Shown piece after piece: positions 10,019 to 16,511 of a stretch of DNA of 24,000 nucleotides. This DNA is from Bacteroidales bacterium (GTDB lineage: Bacteria; Bacteroidota; Bacteroidia; Bacteroidales; UBA5342): positions 881,725-905,724 of the forward strand of contig OY760906.1 of the NCBI GenBank assembly GCA_963664145.1, in the 5' to 3' direction. The position numbers and the translations under genes were made by a program. How positions within the stretch are numbered: the first letter of the stretch is position 1; every line of letters begins with the position of its first letter. The notes beneath the pieces were generated by a model. It was not told where the DNA came from and did not search any database. It saw only the letters and a list, made by a program, of their open reading frames with translations.

Positions 10019-10048
10019 ATTCCCCTTCTCGGGAGGGGCTAAGGGAGG
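10019..10048 (+). repeat. Solo relic of the hairpin-repeat right end in the menF-menD gap
   Basis: AATTCCCCTTCTCGGGAGGGGCTAAGGGAGG resembles the right end of the full copies (AATTCCCCTCTTGAGAGGGGTAAGGGGTG). It is closest to the copy-B variant GGGGCTAGG. It fills 30 of the 53 intergenic nt. Confidence 0.55.
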
Positions 10049-10053
10049 CTCTT

Positions 10054-11709
10054 ATGATATCAAATAAACAAGAAGTACAAATATTAGCGGCGTTAATGCT
10101 GAAAAAGGGCATTACAGATGTGGTGATTTCTCCCGGATCGCGCAATGCACCTTTGATAAACACCTTTGATGCATTGCAGGAATTTCGTTGTTTTAATATT
10201 GTGGATGAACGTTCTGCTGCCTTTTTTGCTATGGGGATGGCGTTGCGTTTGGGGCGTCCTGTTGCGATTACTTGTACTTCTGGTTCGGCATTACTTAATT
10301 ACGCACCTGCTGTGGCAGAGGCTTTTTATCAAAAAATTCCTTTGGTGGTATTGTCGGCAGACAGACCGCGTGAATGGATAGATCAGGGAGCCGGGCAGAC
10401 CATCCGGCAAGATAATGCTTTGGCTAATGTGGTCAAAAAAAGTATAGGCCTGACAGGTGGAATGCGCGATGAAGCGGAAGCTTGGTATAATACGCGTTTA
10501 ATCAATGAAACCCTAAATGAAGCAACGCATGTAGAATGTGGTCCGGTACATATTAATCTTCCTTTTGCAGAACCATTGTATGATACAGTAGATCAGGCAT
10601 TACCTTCGGTGAAAACTATAGATATTAGTCGTGGGCGTACGGTGTGTGATGGACAAGAGTTGGCTGTTTTGAAAGCAGAATGGAAAGCGGCACATCGAAA
10701 AATGATTCTTGTTGGTCAAATGCAGCCTAATGCAGAATTAGAAATGCTGTTAAACCGTTTATCGCAAGATGGTTCAATTGTTGTTTTGTCGGAAAAAACA
10801 TCGAATATTAAAGGAGAACGCATTTTGGATGCGATTGACAATCTGCTATTTGCCGGAGATGATTTGTTTGCTCCTGATTTGTTGATTACCGTGGGTGAAC
10901 AAATTGTTTCTAAGAAAATAAAGGCCTGGTTAAGGCAAAATAAACCCCAGTATCACTGGCATTTTTCCCCATCAGGAGAAAGTCGGGATACCTTTATGGC
11001 ATTATCGAGGGTGATAGTGGCATTTCTGCCCGAGGTGTTGTCTAAGATACCGTTGAAATCAGGTATTAACTATGCTGATGTGTGGTTGAAATTAGAAAAG
11101 GACACCAAACTTGCTCTACGTGAATATGTCAAGAAACTTGATTTTTGTGATTTTACCGTTTTTAATACCATAATGCATCAGATTCCTGACAAGTCGGTTT
11201 TGCATTTATCTAACAGTACGCCTGTGCGTTATGCACAATTGTTTCCTATGAAGGATGTTGTTTATCAGTCCAACCGTGGAACAAGTGGTATCGATGGAGT
11301 GATGTCAACAGCGGCAGGGTATGCTCATGATGATAAACGCCTTAATGTCGTGGTGATTGGTGATTTGTCATTTTTCTATGATAGTAATGCGTTGTGGAAC
11401 AGGCATCTTCCAAATAATCTGAAAGTGATTCTTATTAATAACGAAGGTGGTGGAATTTTCCGTTTTATCGATGGACCGAGTCGTATGAAAGCATCAGAAG
11501 AGCATTTTGTGTCAGTTCACCAAACAGATGCGCGCGGCATTGTTGAAGGGTTTGGATTGGCGTATCAATGTGCTACAAATCAGCAGGAATTTGAACAGGA
11601 ATTATTGCAATTGTTTAAAAGTAAAAAGGCAAGTGTTCTGGAAGTTAAAACCCCTGAGAAGAAGAATGCCGAAGTACTAAGAGGATATTTTGAGTATTTG
11701 AGCAAATAG
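10054..11709 (+). CDS. menD: 2-succinyl-5-enolpyruvyl-6-hydroxy-3-cyclohexene-1-carboxylate (SEPHCHC) synthase
   Basis: 551 aa ThDP enzyme. N-terminal VISPGSRNAPL, SNRGTSGIDG, and the ThDP-binding motif GDLSFFYDSNAL...NNEGGGIF. Operon context supports the call. Confidence 0.9.
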   Translation: MISNKQEVQILAALMLKKGITDVVISPGSRNAPLINTFDALQEFRCFNIVDERSAAFFAMGMALRLGRPVAITCTSGSALLNYAPAVAEAFYQKIPLVVLSADRPREWIDQGAGQTIRQDNALANVVKKSIGLTGGMRDEAEAWYNTRLINETLNEATHVECGPVHINLPFAEPLYDTVDQALPSVKTIDISRGRTVCDGQELAVLKAEWKAAHRKMILVGQMQPNAELEMLLNRLSQDGSIVVLSEKTSNIKGERILDAIDNLLFAGDDLFAPDLLITVGEQIVSKKIKAWLRQNKPQYHWHFSPSGESRDTFMALSRVIVAFLPEVLSKIPLKSGINYADVWLKLEKDTKLALREYVKKLDFCDFTVFNTIMHQIPDKSVLHLSNSTPVRYAQLFPMKDVVYQSNRGTSGIDGVMSTAAGYAHDDKRLNVVVIGDLSFFYDSNALWNRHLPNNLKVILINNEGGGIFRFIDGPSRMKASEEHFVSVHQTDARGIVEGFGLAYQCATNQQEFEQELLQLFKSKKASVLEVKTPEKKNAEVLRGYFEYLSK

Positions 11710-11731
11710 AATAAATAAATATCGGAAGAAC

Positions 11732-12085
11732 ATGACAAAAATTAAAGTATTTGATGCCGATGTAACTGTTGTGTCAATAAATGAAAATGATTTTATCTCA
11801 TTGACTGATATTGCTAAGTTTAAAACGGATGATGCTAGTGGCGTTATTACCAATTGGATGCGTAATCGCAATACGATTGAGTTTTTGGGGACATGCGAGG
11901 TTTTGTATAATCCGAATTTTAAACCCCTCGAATTCGAGGGGTTTAGAAAAGAAGCTGGTTTAAATGCTTTTACGTTATCTCCTCGAAAGTGGATTTCAAC
12001 TACAAATGCAATTGGATTTGTCGTAAAGTCAGGACGATTTGGAGGAACATATGCTCATAAAGAGCGTTTAATAAAGTTGAACTAG
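11732..12085 (+). pseudogene. KilA-N domain gene, 3'-truncated fragment
   Basis: The N-terminal 108 aa match the KilA-N family pattern as I recall it from Bacteroides proteins (ISLTDIAKFK...NWMRNRNTIEFLG...NPNFKP.EF..F..EAGLNAFTLSP.KWI..TNAIG...GR.GGTYAHK). Homology stops at AHK and the ORF ends 9 codons later, whereas full-length relatives are roughly 250-280 aa. Confidence 0.65.
11920..11945. repeat. 26-bp perfect palindrome TAAACCCCTCGAATTCGAGGGGTTTA
   Basis: Read directly from the sequence. It is self-complementary over 26 nt, and over 32 nt with one mismatch (11917-11950). It has the same CCCCTC...GAGGGG arm type as the operon hairpin repeats. It lies inside the KilA-N fragment and encodes KPLEFEGF. 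Confidence 0.95.
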
Positions 12086-12155
12086 ATTGCTATTTAGCAA
12101 ATGAAAGTTCTTCAGGATGTTAAAAGTCGTAAATTATTGAAATAAAATTAAAATA

Positions 12156-12980
12156 ATGGAACAAAAAAGAAATTGGAAACCCATTAAAGAATATTCCGAT
12201 ATTCTATTTGAATATTGGGAAGGGATTGGAAAAATAACGATTAATCGAGAACAGGTACGCAATGCATTTCGTCCTCAGACGGTAAATCAGATTAGTGAAG
12301 CATTTCGTTTGTGTCGTGAAATGAATGAGATAAACGTTGTTGTGTTGACCGGAGCAGGCGATAAAGCGTTTTGTGCCGGAGGTGACCAAAATGTCAAAGG
12401 ACATGGTGGTTACATTGGAGATGATGGAGTGCCACGTCTTAATATTCTTGAGGTGCAGCAACAAATTCGTTCTTTGCCCAAACCCGTGATTGCTATGGTC
12501 AATGGTTTTGCGATTGGTGGAGGACATGTGTTGCACGTGGTGTGTGATATTTCTATTGCTTCAGAAAATGCGATTTTCGGACAAACCGGCCCTAAAGTAG
12601 GTAGTTTCGATGCCGGATTTGGTTCTTCGTATCTTGCTGCTGTGGTTGGACAGAAGAAAGCCCGTGAAATTTGGTTTATGTGTCGTCAGTATTCAGCTAC
12701 TGAGGCTTTGGAAATGGGATTGGTCAATAAAGTTGTGCCGTTTGATGAGCTTGAAAATGAAACTGTTGCATGGGCAAAACAAATGATGATGCACAGTCCT
12801 ATGGCGTTGCGTATGATAAAATTAGGGATGAATGCTACGCTTGACGGACAAGCTGGCATGCAGGAATTTGCAGGCAATGCCACATTATTATATTATTTGA
12901 CAGAAGAAGCACAGGAAGGGAAAAATGCCTTCTTGGAAAAACGAAAACCTGACTTTTCAAAATACCCAAAATATCCGTAG
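12156..12980 (+). CDS. menB: 1,4-dihydroxy-2-naphthoyl-CoA synthase
   Basis: 274 aa crotonase-fold protein. Segments: [43 protein letters not shown], and C-terminal [14 protein letters not shown]. Confidence 0.95.
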   Translation: MEQKRNWKPIKEYSDILFEYWEGIGKITINREQVRNAFRPQTVNQISEAFRLCREMNEINVVVLTGAGDKAFCAGGDQNVKGHGGYIGDDGVPRLNILEVQQQIRSLPKPVIAMVNGFAIGGGHVLHVVCDISIASENAIFGQTGPKVGSFDAGFGSSYLAAVVGQKKAREIWFMCRQYSATEALEMGLVNKVVPFDELENETVAWAKQMMMHSPMALRMIKLGMNATLDGQAGMQEFAGNATLLYYLTEEAQEGKNAFLEKRKPDFSKYPKYP

Positions 12981-12981
12981 G

Positions 12982-13021
12982 GAGTTGTGAGTTGTGAATG
13001 GTGAATTGTGAATGATGAATT
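12982..13021 (+). repeat. Heptamer tandem tract (G/A)TGA(A/G)T(T/G), about 5.5 units
   Basis: GAGTT GTGAGTT GTGAATG GTGAATT GTGAATG ATGAATT, starting 2 nt after the menB stop codon. Confidence 0.8.
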
Positions 13022-13347
13022 GACTTTTAGCCCGAAGTAGTAGTAATACGTAGGGCGTTAAGAAAGTCAATGGAGCGAAGGAAGCATTCTTTTCAGATAG
13101 ACAGTTATTTCAATTATCAATTGAAATAATGATTCGTTTTTTATCATGAATTAAGCGGAGCGTATCACGAACGCCAGAAATAAACAATTGTGAGTAAAAA
13201 TGAATGACAGGGGTATGGGGGTGTCAACCCCCTAAACAGATATCTGATTAAATGATTGGGGAAGTATTATTAATACTGAATAGTTACAATAATAGTTTTT
13301 TGAATTTTTGCAATCGTTTAATTGCTAGTTGTTTAGAAGATTTTTTT

Positions 13348-13410
13348 GTAAATTGTTGATACATAACATCTAAATTTAGTCTGATGTCTAAAAGTCTAAA
13401 GAACTATCGT
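13348..13410 (+). repeat. Dispersed repeat family 2, copy 1
   Basis: GTAAATTGTTGATACATAACATCTAAATTTAGTCTGATGTCTAAAAGTCTAAAGAAC aligns with 21649-21718. They share an identical 13-mer (TAGTCTGATGTCT), a 13/16 match at the left end, and GTCTAAA-type sub-repeats. Confidence 0.4.
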
Positions 13411-13440
13411 TAAATGTAAATTATCAAATATTTAATTATA

Positions 13441-13534
13441 TTAAAACAGGCTTAGTGCGAGCATTGGCTCGTGCTTAAAATTTACAGGAGCATAGGCTCC
13501 GGTTAATAAACAGGTACGAGTCAATGCTTGTACC
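13441..13534 (+). repeat. Three tandem ~30-nt units, each TTAAWA..ACAGG linker + hairpin, in the menA leader
   Basis: Units: 13441-13474, 13475-13502, 13503-13534. Hairpins: 13454-13475 (9 bp, 2 G-U pairs), 13487-13500 (GGAGC-ATAG-GCTCC), 13513-13534 (GGTACGAG-TCAATG-CTTGTACC, 1 G-U pair). The array ends 16 nt before the menA ATG. Confidence 0.7.
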
Positions 13535-13550
13535 AAAGGTTGAGAATAAA

Positions 13551-14480
13551 ATGAAATATAATTCACCATTCAAAATCTGGATAAGAGCAGCTCGATTGCG
13601 GACGCTGCCTTTGGCGGCATCGGGAATATTGTGTGGCGTAACGTTGGCGTGGTTTCAGGGGATGTGGAGTTTGGCGTTAAGTGCTTTGGCGTTGCTTACG
13701 GCATTGTTGTTACAGATTTTGTCCAACTTTTCCAATGATTATGGAGATGCTCAAAAAGGGACAGATAATGAACATCGTGTTGGACCTCAGCGTACAGTGC
13801 AATCGGGGGCATTGAGCTTATCGCAAATGAAGCGTGGTATGGTGGTGATGGCAGTTGCTTCAATGGTTAGTGGCTTGTTGCTGATAGTGTTAGCGTTGAG
13901 GAGTTTTCCTCAAGGTGCCTGGCTGTTCTTTGCCCTATTGGGGCTTTTGTCAGTTGCAGCCGCCATTCTTTATACCGTAGGAAAGCGTGCCTATGGCTAT
14001 CATGGTTTGGGCGATGTGATGGTTTTTATTTTTTTCGGGTTGGTTAGCGTATTGGGTGCATATTACCTAAATGCGGCTTGCATAAGTATAGAAGCTGTTT
14101 TTGTTGCTATTGGGATAGGCTTGTTGAGTTCGGGAGTGCTGAATCTGAACAATATGCGCGATATTGATAATGATTTGACTTCCGGCAAAAAAACCTTAGC
14201 TGCTAAGATGGGATTCAAAAGAGCAAAAATTTACCATTCTGTCATTGTTCTTGGTGGAATCATCTGTTTTTATCCTGCCATTATGGGACTTCATCAAAAA
14301 GTATGGTTTTTTGCTATAATGCTATTGCCTATCGCCTTTTTGTCAGCAGATGTTGACCGTATTTTGAAAACAAAAAATAAAGCAACTCTTGATCCGTATT
14401 TGAAAAAATTATCAATAGGAACATTTTTTTTGTCGATAACTTTTGTGGTTGCATTGGTTATTACGCACTTGGTGTGGTGA
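13551..14480 (+). CDS. menA: 1,4-dihydroxy-2-naphthoate polyprenyltransferase
   Basis: UbiA-family membrane prenyltransferase. N-terminal WIRAARLRTLPLA. Asp-rich motifs NFSNDYGDAQKGTD and NNMRDIDNDLTSGKKTLA. Multiple TM helices. The start is moved to ATG 13551, because tracked ATG 13524 lies in the loop of hairpin 3. Confidence 0.85.
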   Translation: MKYNSPFKIWIRAARLRTLPLAASGILCGVTLAWFQGMWSLALSALALLTALLLQILSNFSNDYGDAQKGTDNEHRVGPQRTVQSGALSLSQMKRGMVVMAVASMVSGLLLIVLALRSFPQGAWLFFALLGLLSVAAAILYTVGKRAYGYHGLGDVMVFIFFGLVSVLGAYYLNAACISIEAVFVAIGIGLLSSGVLNLNNMRDIDNDLTSGKKTLAAKMGFKRAKIYHSVIVLGGIICFYPAIMGLHQKVWFFAIMLLPIAFLSADVDRILKTKNKATLDPYLKKLSIGTFFLSITFVVALVITHLVW

Positions 14481-14491
14481 TAATTGTGAAA

Positions 14492-14670
14492 GAACACACC
14501 CTCTGCCCCTCTCGAGACTTCGGCGTGAGCTCAGTCGAACGAGGGAGTCTTGAGAGGGGAGTCTGTTTGGTGCAAAATAAAATTTTGGGCGAATTTTGAA
14601 AATATGTTTAAATGCCCCCAAAGAAGCATGACGAGTCCAATTCCCCTCTTGAGAGGGGTAAGGGGTGTGT
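14492..14670 (+). repeat. Hairpin-ended inverted-repeat element, copy A (with 31-nt nested insert)
   Basis: The left end GAACACACCCTCTGCCCCTCTCGAGA is separated from its matching arm CTTGAGAGGGGAGT by the 31-nt insert. The right end is ATTCCCCTCTTGAGAGGGGTAAGGGGTGTGT. The two ends are inverse complements of each other. The insert occupies 14518-14548, within the left hairpin. Confidence 0.9.
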
Positions 14671-14717
14671 ATTAAGACGAAGCAAATCACTTTTTTAAGG
14701 AAAAGTAATACAAAATA

Positions 14718-15086
14718 ATGCGAAAAATTATTCCATATAAACCATATTTGAAGGCTTATGCCCGCAAATTAAGGAATAATAGTACGTTGAGTGAGATTGT
14801 TTTATGGAGGGAGTTGGGCAGTAAAAAATTCTATGGATATCGGTTTATTAGGCAAAAACCGTTGTTAGATTATATAGTTGATTTCTATTGTTATGAATTG
14901 GAATTAGTTATAGAGTTAGATGGATATTCGCATGAGTTAATAGAGATTCAAGATAAGGATAAAAACAAAGAAGAAAGTTTGAAGGAAGCAGGCTTGCATA
15001 TTTTAAGATTTACGGATGAAGAAGTTTTTAAAGATATGGCTAATGTGTTGTTGGTGATTAAGGATTATATTGATAATTATGAATGA
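14718..15086 (+). CDS. DUF559 endonuclease-domain protein (Vsr-like PD-(D/E)xK fold)
   Basis: 122 aa matching the DUF559 pattern: ARKLRNNSTLSE..LW..L....F.G..F.RQ.P...YIVDFYC.E..LVIELDG..H...........LKEAGLHILRF...EV. The acidic core residues (D of VDF; E and D of IELDG) are present. The stop TGA (15084-15086) overlaps the first bases of repeat copy B. Confidence 0.8.
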   Translation: MRKIIPYKPYLKAYARKLRNNSTLSEIVLWRELGSKKFYGYRFIRQKPLLDYIVDFYCYELELVIELDGYSHELIEIQDKDKNKEESLKEAGLHILRFTDEEVFKDMANVLLVIKDYIDNYE

Positions 15087-15253
15087 ACACACCCCCTGCC
15101 CCTCTCGAGACTTCGGCGTGAGCTCAGTCGAACGAGGGAGTTTGTAAAGAGCAAAATAGAGTATTGAGGGAATTTTGAATATAGGTTTTGAAAGAACTCA
15201 AAGAAATATGATGAGTCCAGCATTCCCCTCTCGAGAGGGGCTAGGTGATGTGT
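15085..15253 (+). repeat. Hairpin-ended inverted-repeat element, copy B (31-nt insert, degenerate right end)
   Basis: Shares the left end and the same insert (15111-15141) with copy A. Right hairpin CCCCTCTCGAGAGGGG at 15225-15240. The terminal GGGGCTAGGTGATGTGT is more diverged than in the other copies. Confidence 0.9.
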
Positions 15254-15323
15254 CTTAACAAGTAACAGTATCCTTCAAAATACAATAGAGAGAAATAGTG
15301 TGTTATATTGTTTTAATTAAAAA

Positions 15324-16352
15324 ATGTTAAAAGCAAGCGTAAACAAATATCAACTCAAATTTAAACGACCTGCGGGAACGTCGCGAGGTGTGTATCGTAC
15401 CCGTGACAGTTGGATTGTGACTCTTTGGGATACAAAACAGCCCAATGTGAAGGGAGTAGGAGAATGTGCTCCATTACCTGATTTGAGTTGTGATTTTGAT
15501 GCTAATTATGAAGATAAAATAAAAGAAGTTTGTGCTTCTGTTTCAGATATAGAATACTGGTTGGATGACGGTTTGATGGATTATCCGTCTATTCGTTTTG
15601 GGTTTGAAACCGCTTTTTTAGACTTCAAAAACGGTGGGAATGGGCTTCTTTTTGACACCCCATTTGTACACGAGAAGGAAGGGATATTAATCAACGGCTT
15701 GATATGGATGGGGAATCCCAACTATATGCGAGAACAAATTCAACAAAAATTAGAGCAAGGATTTCATTGTATTAAATTGAAGATTGGTGCCAATGATATT
15801 GAAGATGAAATGCAGATTTTGCAGTCGTTGAGAAAGGAATTTCCTTCTGATCGTCTTGAATTACGAGTGGATGCTAATGGAGCATTTTCTGTGGATGACG
15901 CTCCCAAGGTATTAGAGTATCTTGCAGCTATGCAGGTGCATTCCATAGAGCAACCCATACGGCAGAAACAACAGGATGAAATGGCAGCTTTGTGTAAGCA
16001 GACTCCTATTCCTATTGCGTTGGATGAGGAACTAATAGGGGTAAATGCAAAAGAAGAAAAGACTGCTCTTTTGGATAATATAAAACCTCAATATATTATT
16101 CTGAAACCATCGTTACATGGAGGGATTGCCGGATGCTTGGAGTGGATTGATATTGCAAAAGAAAGGCAAATAGGTTGGTGGATAACATCTGCTTTGGAAT
16201 CAAATATAGGATTGAATGCCATAGCGCAGTGGACGGCATCATTAGGAGTGACTATTCCTCAGGGCTTAGGAACAGGACTACTTTTTACTAATAATTTTGA
16301 ATCGCCGTTGTACATTGAAGGGGATAGATTGTATCATCGTGAGAGTTTTTAA
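15324..16352 (+). CDS. menC: o-succinylbenzoate synthase (enolase superfamily)
   Basis: 342 aa MR/MLE-type protein. Segments: CIKLKIG, ELRVDANGAF, SIEQP, ALDEEL, IILKPSLHGG. Operon context supports the call. Confidence 0.85.
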   Translation: MLKASVNKYQLKFKRPAGTSRGVYRTRDSWIVTLWDTKQPNVKGVGECAPLPDLSCDFDANYEDKIKEVCASVSDIEYWLDDGLMDYPSIRFGFETAFLDFKNGGNGLLFDTPFVHEKEGILINGLIWMGNPNYMREQIQQKLEQGFHCIKLKIGANDIEDEMQILQSLRKEFPSDRLELRVDANGAFSVDDAPKVLEYLAAMQVHSIEQPIRQKQQDEMAALCKQTPIPIALDEELIGVNAKEEKTALLDNIKPQYIILKPSLHGGIAGCLEWIDIAKERQIGWWITSALESNIGLNAIAQWTASLGVTIPQGLGTGLLFTNNFESPLYIEGDRLYHRESF

Positions 16353-16353
16353 T

Positions 16354-16494
16354 GAACACACCCCAGCCCCTCTCAAGAGGGGAGTTTGTTTAGAGCAAAA
16401 TAAAGTTCTGAGGGAATTTTGATAACAGGTTTTGAAAGAACCCAAAGAAGCCTGACGAGTCCAATTCCCCTCTAGAGAGGGGTAAGGGGTGTGT
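16354..16494 (+). repeat. Hairpin-ended inverted-repeat element, copy C (141 bp, no insert)
   Basis: Starts 1 nt after the menC TAA stop. Hairpins CCCCTCTCAAGAGGGG (16367-16382) and CCCCTCTAGAGAGGGG (16467-16482). By manual alignment it differs from copy D at about a dozen positions. Confidence 0.95.
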
Positions 16495-16511
16495 TTTGAG
16501 ACGAAGCAAAA

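Noticed and set aside
13105-13129. An AT-rich palindrome, TTATTTCAATT-ATC-AATTGAAATAA, followed 7 nt later by T6. I considered it as a possible menB terminator or operator.
   Set aside because: The stem is almost pure A/T and so thermodynamically weak. It lies 125 nt from the menB stop, and its chance expectation in AT-rich sequence is not negligible. I mention it only as part of the repeat-rich gap.
13524-13550. The tracked start ATG 13524 for menA (and the TTG starts 8900 for menF and 6474 for the small ORF).
   Set aside because: ATG 13524 lies in the loop of the third leader hairpin and adds 9 residues not typical of MenA, so ATG 13551 (MKYNSPFKIWIRAARLRTLPLA) is preferred. For the other two ORFs, in-frame ATGs 6 and 15 nt downstream are more plausible than the TTG starts.
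14412-14690. Minus-strand ORFs running through the repeat copies (14412..14690, 16390..16707, 16472..16699). They give proline/glycine-rich peptides such as ..FYFAPNRLPSREGLGVCS..
   Set aside because: They are by-products of the GC-rich repeats. Indels between copies shift the frame (copy A reads a different peptide from copies C and D). Substitutions show no codon-position pattern. The ORFs end at arbitrary points in flanking sequence.
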